The notes under the pieces: model-generated | Told to the model about the DNA's origin: nothing | Database searches by the model: none | Seen by the model: only the letters and a program-made list of their open reading frames with translations | NCBI GenBank assembly: GCA_018645085.1 | Contig: JABGPG010000094.1 | Coordinates: 1 to 45,197 of the forward strand | Source: Deltaproteobacteria bacterium | GTDB taxonomy: Bacteria > SAR324 > NAC60-12 | DNA: 45,197 nt | Direction: 5' to 3' | Translations under genes and position numbers: made by a program | Shown here: positions 1 through 8,822 of the stretch, piece by piece | Layout: each line of letters opens with the position of its first letter | How positions within the stretch are numbered: the stretch's first letter is position 1

Positions 1-1139
1 TTTTCAGCATAATCATCAGCATTTTTATTTTCGTTGGCTGCGCCAGCCTGACCAAAGAAGCGGCACTTGATAAAGAACCACCGGCTGAGGCGGTTGATAA
101 AGAACCACCGGCTGCGGAAGTAGTTGTTGAGAAGCCGGAAAAAGCAACTATTTACTTCGATAAAGCAACCAGAAAATGGTCTTTAAATAAAATAAACTCT
201 AAGCAACCCCGATATGAAGGTGAAATTGCTGAGGGCATTCCAAGCGGAAATGGAGCTCTTTATCTTCCGAATGGGTTCTATGAAGGAGAATTTAAAAATG
301 GTAAATTCAACGGTAAGGGAAAGCGCTTATACTTTGAAAAAGGAAAACTTGTTGGTGAATTTAAAGACAATAAAGCACATGGTCAGGGAATCTACACTTA
401 TCTAAATGGTGATAAGTATGTTGGAGAATTCAGGTTCGGCAAAAAGAATGGTCAGGGAGCAACCTATTATATAAGCGGAAGCGTACATAAGGGTGAATAC
501 AGGAGTGGCAAATCAAATGGACAAGGCACCTACATTTCACATCAAGGCTGGAAGTATGTTGGAGAACATAAGGACGGGGATAAAAATGGATTTGGCAAAT
601 TAACTGATTCTGATGGAACTCAAATTGAGGGTGAATGGAAGAACGACCAGATTCATGGACAAGGAACCTTTACTTTTTCTAATGGTAGAAAGTATGTCGG
701 CGCATTCAGCAAAGGGAAAAAACATGGCAAGGGAACATTCACTTGGCCTAATGGAAAAATTTATACAGGTTTTTGGAAGATTGGGAAGTTTCACGGTCAG
801 GGAACATTAACCAAAAAAAATGGATACAAATATGTGGGTGAGTGGAAATTTAATCAAGAACATGGTTTTGGGAAAAAAACTTGGCCTGATGGTGATACTT
901 ATGAAGGAGAATTTAAAAAGGGTAATACTGATGGAGAAGGAACGTATAAATGGATAGAAGGTAATTATTACACTGGTTCATTTAGAAAGGGTGATAAGAA
1001 CGGGCTAGGAACGTTTACTTTCACTGATGGACGTAAGTGGGTTGGTGAATTCAAAAAAGAAAAAATTTGGAATGCAAAATTGTACGACAAGGAAGGCAAT
1101 GTAATGAAAGAAATTGTAAAAGGAAAATACAAACAATGA
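1..1139 (+). CDS. MORN-repeat lipoprotein, 5'-truncated by the window edge (codons in phase with nt 3)
   Basis: My codon-by-codon read shows this frame open from nt 3 to TGA at 1137-1139. It has no in-frame ATG, GTG or TTG before 834, so the track shows only the last 101 aa (834..1139) plus two off-frame shadows. The translation begins ..FSIIISIFIFVGC/AS (signal-peptide h-region plus lipobox-like FVGC). A DKEPPA linker follows, then about 12-13 consecutive ~23-aa MORN units (Y.GEf..Gk..G.G.....G). Confidence 0.85.
   Translation, partial: FSIIISIFIFVGCASLTKEAALDKEPPAEAVDKEPPAAEVVVEKPEKATIYFDKATRKWSLNKINSKQPRYEGEIAEGIPSGNGALYLPNGFYEGEFKNGKFNGKGKRLYFEKGKLVGEFKDNKAHGQGIYTYLNGDKYVGEFRFGKKNGQGATYYISGSVHKGEYRSGKSNGQGTYISHQGWKYVGEHKDGDKNGFGKLTDSDGTQIEGEWKNDQIHGQGTFTFSNGRKYVGAFSKGKKHGKGTFTWPNGKIYTGFWKIGKFHGQGTLTKKNGYKYVGEWKFNQEHGFGKKTWPDGDTYEGEFKKGNTDGEGTYKWIEGNYYTGSFRKGDKNGLGTFTFTDGRKWVGEFKKEKIWNAKLYDKEGNVMKEIVKGKYKQ
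67..114 (+). repeat. In-frame tandem duplication, 27-nt period, with a 21-nt perfect core TTGATAAAGAACCACCGGCTG at 67-87 and 94-114
   Basis: Direct read of the sequence. It encodes DKEPPAEAV / DKEPPAAEV in the linker just after the lipobox Cys. Confidence 0.9.
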
Positions 1140-1352
1140 TGGAAAGATATAAAGCCTTAAGAGCATGTCATTTCTATCGAAGCGAGAAATTTTTCATCTA
1201 CTGCTATTCATTTTAAAAACAACACTTGACAAACTTCTTCTTTCACAGCTAGCCTGAATATTCATTTTCGCAAAATAAAACTTTGTGAAAAATCCACTGG
1301 AACTTGCTCTACGGGCATATTTCAAAATATTAATTCCATTTTGGAGATAAAT

Positions 1353-2345
1353 ATGAATTGGACCAAAAAAACTGTATTTAGTATTGTTTGGATGCTTGCA
1401 GCAGTCTGGATTATGGGTGTTTCGCCTCTGAGCGCAAAACCTAAAGTCGCTGCCATTTACACTCTGCCGGTTGAGCAGCAGTGGATCAGTCGTATCCACA
1501 AAGCGCTTAATGCGTCAAAAGCTCGTGGAGACATAGAGTATGTTTTCTCTGAGAGTGTTAAAAATACCGACTATGAACGTGTCATGCGTGAATATGCGGA
1601 AAGAGGAATGGATCTGGTTGTCGGAGAAGTATTTGCTGTGGAACGTGCAGCGCGTAAGGTAGCCAAAGATTATCCGGGAACAGCCTTTCTGATGGGTTCG
1701 AGTTTTGGTCCTAGTGGAAAAAACTTTTCAGTTTTTGACAACTGGATTCATGAACCGTCTTATTTGACAGGTATGATTGCCGGTGCAATGACTAAAACCA
1801 ACAAAATGGGAGTTGTCGGTGGTTATCCGATTCCGGAAGTAAACCGTTTGGTTCATGCGTTCATGGACGGCGTACATGCAGTTAATCCGGACGTGAAATT
1901 TATGGTAACTTTCATCGGGAGTTGGTTTGATCCGCCTAAAGCAAAAGAATCAGCTTTTGCGCAAATCGAACGTGGTGCTGACATTCTTTATGCAGAGCGT
2001 TTCGGAGTTTCTGACGCAGCTAAGGAAAAAGGAGTTTTGGCGATTGGTAACGTGATTAACACTCAGTCGGATTATCCGGACACTGTGATTGCCTCCGCAA
2101 TCTGGAATATGGAAGCCACGATTGACAGAGCTGTTTCTAAAGTTGCTTCAGGTTCATTTGAAGCAGAAGACTATGGACAATTTTCTTTCATGAAATACGG
2201 TGGTGGAAGTCTTGCCCCGTATGGAACTTTTGAAAACCGCATTCCAGCTAAAGTGAAAGCACTTGTGGCTGAGAGGGCACAGGAAATAAAGGATGGCTTG
2301 TTCCGGGTCAACGTCAACGACGGTGAACCGAAATCCACGATGTGA
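1353..2345 (+). CDS. BMP-family (PnrA/Med-like) ABC transporter substrate-binding protein
   Basis: N-terminal signal peptide (..VSPLSA/KPK). Family-typical stretches are present: VGGYPIPEVNRLVHAF, FIGSWFDPPKAKE, AIGNVINT. I prefer ATG 1353 because GGAGA at 1343-1347 sits 5 nt upstream; the track's TTG at 1341 overlaps that SD. Confidence 0.85.
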   Translation: MNWTKKTVFSIVWMLAAVWIMGVSPLSAKPKVAAIYTLPVEQQWISRIHKALNASKARGDIEYVFSESVKNTDYERVMREYAERGMDLVVGEVFAVERAARKVAKDYPGTAFLMGSSFGPSGKNFSVFDNWIHEPSYLTGMIAGAMTKTNKMGVVGGYPIPEVNRLVHAFMDGVHAVNPDVKFMVTFIGSWFDPPKAKESAFAQIERGADILYAERFGVSDAAKEKGVLAIGNVINTQSDYPDTVIASAIWNMEATIDRAVSKVASGSFEAEDYGQFSFMKYGGGSLAPYGTFENRIPAKVKALVAERAQEIKDGLFRVNVNDGEPKSTM

Positions 2346-3943
2346 GGAACGGTGTGAAGCGTTCTGAAATTGATATTTCGGAAAAGCAACCAGCTTCTGA
2401 GGTGGTGCTTCGCTTGCGGGGCATCACTAAAGTTTTTGGAAGTTTGCTTGCTAATGATGATATCACTCTGGAATTAAAGTCCGGAGAAGTATTGGCTTTG
2501 CTCGGAGAAAACGGAGCCGGTAAAACGACTTTGATGAATATCCTTTTTGGTCATTATGTCGCGGATTCCGGAAGTATCGAGGTTTTTGGGCAATCCATTC
2601 AGCAAGGCTCTCCGCATGCAGCGATTGAGTTGGGCATCGGTATGGTGCATCAGCACTTTACGCTGGCGGATAATCTGAGCGTGCTCGACAATGTGATGCT
2701 CGGCACAGAACCTTTGTGGTCGCTGTCTTCAAATCGACGTTCCGGACGTCTGAAACTGGAAGAACTGGGTGAACGTTTTGGTCTTCAAGTAAATCCAAAT
2801 GCATGTGTCGCTGAACTTTCAATCGGCGAACGTCAACGAGTAGAAATCCTCAAAGCACTTTATCGTAATGCACAGATCCTGATTCTGGATGAACCTACTG
2901 CTGTGCTTACTCCGCAGGAAACGGAAACTTTTTTTGAAACACTCAAAAAACTGGTTTCAGGTGGACTGTCACTTATTTTTATTTCCCACAAAATGCAGGA
3001 AGTTTTAGCCATCAGCGACCGTGTTGCGGTTTTACGTGACGGACGTTTGGTGTCTGAACTGAAAACCCTTGGTGCGTCCGAAACAGAATTGGCGCAGGCC
3101 ATGGTTGGACGCAACATTGAACTCCCGGAACGAAAAGCTTTGATAGCTGGAGAGTCGGTTCTGAAGCTGAAATCTGTTACGGTCAAAGCCGAGGAAGGAC
3201 GCCCTGCATTGAGCAGTGTATCCCTCGATATATGCGTCAGGGAAATTGTCGGAATCGCAGGTGTTTCCGGTAATGGTCAAACTACAGTTGCGGATTTGAT
3301 CAGCGGACTAGTCGAACCGCAAAGCGGAACCGTGGAATTGCATGGTGAGGTCGTTAATAATTTTACCCCCAGAAATATGCTGCATAAAAAAGTCGGACGT
3401 ATTCCGGAAGACCGCCATTCTCAAGGTGTGATTGGTGACATGACATTAGCCGAAAATAGTATTTCGGAGTGTTATCAGCAACCGCAATTCAGTTCTTACG
3501 GTTGGCAGAATCAGCTCAACCGTCAGCGTTTTGCGGAAAATGTGGTGAGCAAATTTGATGTGCGCGGCTATTCGGCTAATTCTCCTGTACGTTTGCTTTC
3601 TGGAGGAAACATGCAAAAATTGATTTTGGGTCGTGTGCTTTCCGGAAATCCGCAACTGATTCTCGCAAACCAGCCAGGACGAGGTTTAGACGTGGGTGCA
3701 GTAGCCTACGTTCATGAACAACTGCTTGCCGCACGCGAGAATGGTGCTGCGATTTTGCTGATTTCCGAAGATTTGGAAGAGTTGCTCCAGATCGCTGACC
3801 GCATCGCAGTCATTCACCGTGGACGTCTCAGTGAGAGCTTTCCGCGTGAATCTATTTCCATTGCCGAATTAGGACTTTTAATGACGGGCCAACAAAAAAC
3901 GCCAACTACAAATAATCAATCAACTGAAGCAAATGCGTCTTGA
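2342..3943 (+). CDS. ABC transporter ATP-binding protein with two fused NBDs
   Basis: First NBD: Walker A GENGAGKTT, signature LSIGERQRVEI, Walker B ILILDEPT. Second NBD: GVSGNGQTT, LSGGNMQKLIL. The GTG start overlaps the upstream stop (ATGTGA). Confidence 0.9.
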   Translation: MRNGVKRSEIDISEKQPASEVVLRLRGITKVFGSLLANDDITLELKSGEVLALLGENGAGKTTLMNILFGHYVADSGSIEVFGQSIQQGSPHAAIELGIGMVHQHFTLADNLSVLDNVMLGTEPLWSLSSNRRSGRLKLEELGERFGLQVNPNACVAELSIGERQRVEILKALYRNAQILILDEPTAVLTPQETETFFETLKKLVSGGLSLIFISHKMQEVLAISDRVAVLRDGRLVSELKTLGASETELAQAMVGRNIELPERKALIAGESVLKLKSVTVKAEEGRPALSSVSLDICVREIVGIAGVSGNGQTTVADLISGLVEPQSGTVELHGEVVNNFTPRNMLHKKVGRIPEDRHSQGVIGDMTLAENSISECYQQPQFSSYGWQNQLNRQRFAENVVSKFDVRGYSANSPVRLLSGGNMQKLILGRVLSGNPQLILANQPGRGLDVGAVAYVHEQLLAARENGAAILLISEDLEELLQIADRIAVIHRGRLSESFPRESISIAELGLLMTGQQKTPTTNNQSTEANAS

Positions 3944-4982
3944 ACCACGAACCAAAGTTCCATTTGTGTTGGTTATATTAGCTCCGATTGCGGCTATTGC
4001 GGCGAGCTTTGTTTTGTGTGCCGGCTTAGTGGCATGGAGCGGCGCATCTGTTTTGGAGGCCTACGGACTTTTGTTGAAGGGCGCTCTCGGCTCTGGCTTT
4101 GCTCTCTCAGAAACATTTGCGAGAGCCACACCGTTGATTTTTACCGGATTGGCAGCAGCCATCGCTTTCAAGTCCCGTTTCTGGAACATTGGCGCAGAAG
4201 GTCAATTATATGCCGGTGCACTGATTATTACCGTTTTGGGAACCGGAATGCTGGATTTACATCCGGGATTGATGATTCCGATTTTAGTCGTTACCAGTGC
4301 GGTTGCAGGAGCTTTGATGCTGCTGGGGCCGGTTTTGCTTAAAATTCATTTTGGCGTGGATGAGGTTGTCACTACACTCCTGTTGAACTTTATTGTACTT
4401 TTGCTGGTGAGTTTATTGTTAGAGGGACCGCTTAAAGATCCGATGGGATTGGGGTGGCCGCAAGCAGAACCGGTAATTGAAGCAGCGGAACTGCCAAGGC
4501 TTTTTCAGGGACTACGTTTACATTCCGGACTTTTGCTGGCACTTTTGTTTTCGGTTATTTTTTGGATTGTGAGCATACGCACAACTTTGGGTTATGAAAT
4601 GCGTGCTGTCGGTTTTAATCAAAAAGCCGCGCGCTTTGCAGGAATGCCGGTCAAACGAGTGATGATTATAACAGCGTTGATTTCCGGAGGTATTGCCGGA
4701 ATTGCAGGATTCAGCGAGGTTGCTGGAATGAAAGGTAATCTGACGCTTGACCTTAGTCCTGGATTTGGCTACACAGGAATTGTAGTAGCCATGCTTGCGC
4801 AACTTCATCCGCTGGGAGTGATTATTTCCGCATCTTTTGTGGCCAGCATTTTTGTGGGTGCAGACGCGATGAGCAGATCTGCGGGAGTACCGAGTTATAT
4901 TGCCGACGTGATGGTCTCGGTTTCTTTGTTGTGTATGCTGGTTTCAGTTTTGCTGGTACGTTTTCGGATTCGCTGGAGTTGA
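3933..4982 (+). CDS. ABC transporter permease (BPD_transp_2 / YufP-like)
   Basis: Polytopic hydrophobic protein. It overlaps the ATPase gene by 11 nt, in the position expected in a BMP-type operon. Confidence 0.85.
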   Translation: MRLEPRTKVPFVLVILAPIAAIAASFVLCAGLVAWSGASVLEAYGLLLKGALGSGFALSETFARATPLIFTGLAAAIAFKSRFWNIGAEGQLYAGALIITVLGTGMLDLHPGLMIPILVVTSAVAGALMLLGPVLLKIHFGVDEVVTTLLLNFIVLLLVSLLLEGPLKDPMGLGWPQAEPVIEAAELPRLFQGLRLHSGLLLALLFSVIFWIVSIRTTLGYEMRAVGFNQKAARFAGMPVKRVMIITALISGGIAGIAGFSEVAGMKGNLTLDLSPGFGYTGIVVAMLAQLHPLGVIISASFVASIFVGADAMSRSAGVPSYIADVMVSVSLLCMLVSVLLVRFRIRWS

Positions 4983-4983
4983 A

Positions 4984-5937
4984 ATGGAAACAAGTTTTGC
5001 CTGGTTGGAAATTTTTCTAAATGCGAGTTTTTGGGTTGCGGCCGTGAGGATTGCAACACCCTTGATTTTTGGTACGCTTGGAGAAGTAATTTGTGAACGT
5101 GCTGGGGTGCTCAATCTGGGTATTGAAGGGATTATGACGATAGGGGCTATGGTGGGCTGGATGGCCGTTTATCAGGGAGCGGGGCTGTGGTCCGGTGTTC
5201 TGCTAGCAGCAGTCTGCGGGGGGGTATTTGGTTTATTGCACGCCATGCTGACCGTGCCTTTGGGGCTTTCTCAACATGTAACAGGTATTGGAATCACCTT
5301 GCTGGCCACGAGTCTTTCTTCCTATGTTTATCGGTTGATTCTTCCTGAAGTCAGTTCTCCGCCAAGAATTCAGGCCTTCGAACCTTTGGAAATTCCAGGA
5401 TTGTCGTCAATACCGATTATCGGTGAAGCCCTTTTCAAACAAACTCCTTTAACCTATTTTGCTTTTATTTCAGTGGTTGTTGTCGCTTATGTGCTTTACC
5501 GCACTCCAGTTGGTCTGGCGGTACAGATGGTAGGTGAAAATCCTGCTGCGGCAGAAGCACAAGGTTTAAACGTCACCATTATTCGAACAGGAGCGGTTGT
5601 CTGTGGAAGTGCTTTTATGGCGGTTGGCGGGGCATTTTTAACGATGTCCGCCTTTAATGCTTTCTTTTTCAACATGATCAACGGGCGCGGCTGGATTTGC
5701 ATTGCGTTGGTAGTTTTTGCCTCGTGGCGTCCAGGAAAAGCTCTTTTGGGCGCATTGCTTTTTGCCGCATTTGATGCCTATCAAATGCGTTTGCAGCAGC
5801 TAGTAGGAGCAGAAATACCTTACCAAATATTCCTGATGATGCCTTATGTGCTCAGTATATTAGCATTGATAGTCATGTCCAGGCGTGTCGGTTATCCGCA
5901 GGCACTGATGATCCCTTACCGCAAAGGTGAACGTTGA
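4984..5937 (+). CDS. ABC transporter permease (BPD_transp_2 / YufQ-like)
   Basis: Polytopic hydrophobic protein. It starts 1 nt after the previous stop. Confidence 0.85.
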   Translation: METSFAWLEIFLNASFWVAAVRIATPLIFGTLGEVICERAGVLNLGIEGIMTIGAMVGWMAVYQGAGLWSGVLLAAVCGGVFGLLHAMLTVPLGLSQHVTGIGITLLATSLSSYVYRLILPEVSSPPRIQAFEPLEIPGLSSIPIIGEALFKQTPLTYFAFISVVVVAYVLYRTPVGLAVQMVGENPAAAEAQGLNVTIIRTGAVVCGSAFMAVGGAFLTMSAFNAFFFNMINGRGWICIALVVFASWRPGKALLGALLFAAFDAYQMRLQQLVGAEIPYQIFLMMPYVLSILALIVMSRRVGYPQALMIPYRKGER

Positions 5938-6107
5938 ACTAAGACAAGCAAAATTTAGTAGATTCCAAAAACATCTTGTATCTGTGCGTTAAATTTTGTA
6001 ATTTTATAGATTGAATCCTGCTTCAGCTATTCTTCAGAGAAACTATTTTCTGGGTGAATGTTAGGGCTGAATCCCTCATCTGATTTTTCCAAAAAATATC
6101 TGCCCAC

Positions 6108-7544
6108 ATGGCAAAAAATATTACGCCTCGAAAAGAGGACTACTCTAAGTGGTATCTTGATGTAATTGCCGCAGGGCAGCTTGCAGACTATGCACCGGTC
6201 AAGGGCTGCATGGTAATTCGTCCTACCGGATTCGCCATTTGGGAAGCAATGCAAGCCCGTTTGGATCGCATGTTCAAAGAAACAGGACATGTGAATGCCT
6301 CATTTCCTTTATTGATACCCCAGCATTTTATGGAGCGCGAAGCTGAGCATGTTGAAGGATTTAGTCCGGAATGTGCTGTGGTTACTCATGGAGGAGGAAA
6401 AAAACTGGAAGAACCATTAGTGATTCGTCCAACTTCTGAGACAGTAGTCGGTCACATGTATTCCCAGTGGATACAAAGTTATCGTGATCTTCCGGTACTG
6501 ATTAACCAGTGGTGCAATGTGTTACGTTGGGAAATGCGGACACGCTTGTTTTTACGCACCTCCGAGTTTCTCTGGCAGGAAGGGCACACGGCACATGAAA
6601 CAGCCGAAGAAGCGCAGGAAGAAACATTACGCATGCTGGAAATTTACCGTAAATTTCAGGAAGAATATTTGGCGATTCCTGTGTATACGGGACTAAAATC
6701 GGCAGCAGAAAAATTTCCCGGGGCACTGGCGACATATTCCATTGAAGCCATGATGCAGGACGGAAAAGCCCTCCAGTCAGGAACCTCACATAATTTAGGT
6801 CAAAATTTCGCAAAAGCATTTGAGATTGATTATCTTGACCGCGACAACAACCAGCAATTAGTCTGGACAACCAGCTGGGGTGTTTCAACACGTATGATCG
6901 GTGGTTTGATCATGACACACAGTGATGATGACGGTTTGATCATTCCTCCTAAAATAGCACCTATACAAATTGCGATTGTGCCTATTTTTAACAACGAACA
7001 GGAACGTAAAGAAACCTTAGAGTTTGCGAATTCAATTGCCGTTCAACTCTATGAAAAAATTGATAAATTGCAAATAAAGATTGATACTCGTGAAAATCTA
7101 CGACCTGCTGATAAATTCTTTCATTGGATTCAGCAAGGAGTTCCAGTGAGGATTGAAGTTGGTCCGAGGGATGTTAAAAAACAATCTGCAATGGTTGCCA
7201 GACGTGACATACGCGAGAAAAATGCAGTCTCACTTGAAAACATAACTCAACATGTCGTGGAGTTGTTGGATAAGATTCAAGACAACTTGTTTCAGCGGGC
7301 TCTGGACTACAGGAAGGCGAATACTCGTACCGCAAAGAATTACGAGGAATTTAAGGAAATTATTGCAAATGAGGGTGGTTTTGTTTTTGCGCACTGGGAT
7401 GGTTCAAAAGAAGTTGAAGCACAAATAAAACAGGAAACTAAGGCTACCATACGTTGCATCCCTCTTGAAAAGTCAGAAGCAGGTAAATGTATGGTAAGTG
7501 GTGAGCCTTCCGCACAAGAGGTGCTGTTCGCAATTGCTTACTGA
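6108..7544 (+). CDS. proS: Proline--tRNA ligase, archaeal/eukaryote-like type
   Basis: The N-terminus RKEDYSKWYLDVI..ADYAPVKGCMVIRPTGFAIWE is typical of the family. Class II core motifs are present (RPTSET, FLWQEGHTAH). The length is 478 aa and the protein ends in the conserved C-terminal Tyr (..AIAY). Confidence 0.93.
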   Translation: MAKNITPRKEDYSKWYLDVIAAGQLADYAPVKGCMVIRPTGFAIWEAMQARLDRMFKETGHVNASFPLLIPQHFMEREAEHVEGFSPECAVVTHGGGKKLEEPLVIRPTSETVVGHMYSQWIQSYRDLPVLINQWCNVLRWEMRTRLFLRTSEFLWQEGHTAHETAEEAQEETLRMLEIYRKFQEEYLAIPVYTGLKSAAEKFPGALATYSIEAMMQDGKALQSGTSHNLGQNFAKAFEIDYLDRDNNQQLVWTTSWGVSTRMIGGLIMTHSDDDGLIIPPKIAPIQIAIVPIFNNEQERKETLEFANSIAVQLYEKIDKLQIKIDTRENLRPADKFFHWIQQGVPVRIEVGPRDVKKQSAMVARRDIREKNAVSLENITQHVVELLDKIQDNLFQRALDYRKANTRTAKNYEEFKEIIANEGGFVFAHWDGSKEVEAQIKQETKATIRCIPLEKSEAGKCMVSGEPSAQEVLFAIAY

Positions 7545-7590
7545 AAAATATGCAAAAAACTGAAGATAAATCTTTAATTAATCTAGCTTT

Positions 7591-8820
7591 GTGAACAACC
7601 ACATCATTGTCTCAAACGTCAGTGACGCTTCTTTTGCTCTCGGAGTAGGTTATGCGCACTCTCAGAAGATTGACATTTCTGATATAATTGCGTTAAAAAC
7701 ATTTATCAATAATGAGTTTTGTCCAAGATTTCTTCAGGATCATGTAACAGAAGAGACTCTGGGCCAGGGCTTAAAGGGGAAATCAGTTTATATTGTTTCG
7801 ACTCACTCTCAGCACCATTCACGTGATGAGTTGGCAATGCGTAATTACCTGATTGCTTCTGCGGCCAAGGAAAACGGAGCAGATTTTGTCGCCTTGGTTG
7901 AACCTGATTTGTTCTATTCAGCACAGGATCGAGGACCAAGAACTCTGGATCATCCGCAAGTTACGGATTTTGCTTCACGTGAAAAATTTGTTGGACAACC
8001 TTGTTCCGCGGAGATGTATGCGCAACTCTTGAAAACTTCCGGAGTTGATTCAGTAATGACGGTTCACAACCACAAACCGGATGTGATGCGTAAAATATAT
8101 GAAAAGGTAAATCCGGAAGGAAATCCCCGCGGAATTCCGTCTTTTCTGAATTTGGATATTGCTCCGCTAATTGCCAATTATATATTACGTTCCGGACTTG
8201 TCCGCTTGTGGAATTATGGCGAACATGTTGGATTTGTAGCACCTGACGATGGCGCGGCAGAATTTGTAAACCGAGTCAGAGAACTCAGTGGACTTCATAA
8301 TTCAGTTATTGTGACTTTCAAAAAAACACGTCACGGTCAAAGGGACGTTACCGTGGATTTAAGTGACGATGTTGAATTATTGAAAGGTCGTGATATTTTC
8401 ATTCTTGATGATATGGTACGTACTGGTGGAACAATCGCAGCGAATATTAGTGCTATCGCGGAATCAAGCCGCTGCCGTCCCGCCAATATATTTTTCTACA
8501 GCACACATGCTACTATCTCTCCGGAAGCCCGTGAAAATTTAAATTCTCCTTACCTTAATCAATTTATCACGAGCAATACTATTCCAAGTGTTCTTAACAG
8601 AGATGATCAGGGCCGGCTGCGGAAAAAAATTGTTGTGCTGAAAATTGAAAAATGGATTGCTAACGCCATCAGGCATTGTCTGGAAGAAGCAGAACTTCCT
8701 GATGAAATTTATGGTATCAATTCTGTGACTCAGTCCGATGATTTTTACGAAGTTGACCTCTCTACAAAAAATCCTCTGCATAATAAGTCCCGCGTTCAAC
8801 AGTACGAATTAACAATCTGA
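7591..8820 (+). CDS. Ribose-phosphate pyrophosphokinase (PRPP synthetase) family protein, divergent and extended (409 aa)
   Basis: By-eye alignment to Prs gives four matches. VYIVSTHSQ..ELAMRNYLIASAAKENGA..LFYSAQDR aligns with IFIIQS..LMELLVM.DAL...A..IPYFGYARQDR. VMTVHNH aligns with VLTVDLHA. FKKTRHGQRD aligns with the flexible-loop KRRPR. DIFILDDMVRTGGTI is the PRPP-binding loop. GTG is the only canonical start near the N-terminus. Confidence 0.7.
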   Translation: MNNHIIVSNVSDASFALGVGYAHSQKIDISDIIALKTFINNEFCPRFLQDHVTEETLGQGLKGKSVYIVSTHSQHHSRDELAMRNYLIASAAKENGADFVALVEPDLFYSAQDRGPRTLDHPQVTDFASREKFVGQPCSAEMYAQLLKTSGVDSVMTVHNHKPDVMRKIYEKVNPEGNPRGIPSFLNLDIAPLIANYILRSGLVRLWNYGEHVGFVAPDDGAAEFVNRVRELSGLHNSVIVTFKKTRHGQRDVTVDLSDDVELLKGRDIFILDDMVRTGGTIAANISAIAESSRCRPANIFFYSTHATISPEARENLNSPYLNQFITSNTIPSVLNRDDQGRLRKKIVVLKIEKWIANAIRHCLEEAELPDEIYGINSVTQSDDFYEVDLSTKNPLHNKSRVQQYELTI

Positions 8821-8822
8821 TT

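Noticed and set aside
214-810. Track ORFs 214..405 (+) and 613..810 (+)
   Set aside because: Both are in a different frame from the continuous MORN-repeat reading frame (nt 3-1139). Their translations lack any repeat or family pattern, so they are frame shadows of a repetitive, Lys/Gly-rich gene.
1170-1194. Weak hairpin ATTTCT-N9-AGAAAT plus TTTTT after the MORN gene
   Set aside because: It is a 6-bp all-A/T-rich stem of marginal stability. It is plausible as a terminator but not supportable without energy calculation or 3'-end data.
5938-6107. Possible T-box or attenuator leader upstream of proS. Hairpins are CAGAGAA-ACTA-TTTTCTG at 6035-6052 and AGGG-CTGAAT-CCCT at 6063-6076, followed by a T-run.
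   Set aside because: No T-box consensus (AGGGTGGNACCGCG-like) or specifier-loop architecture is present. The second stem is only 4 bp, and the T-run starts 7 nt after it. This is insufficient for a terminator or antiterminator call.
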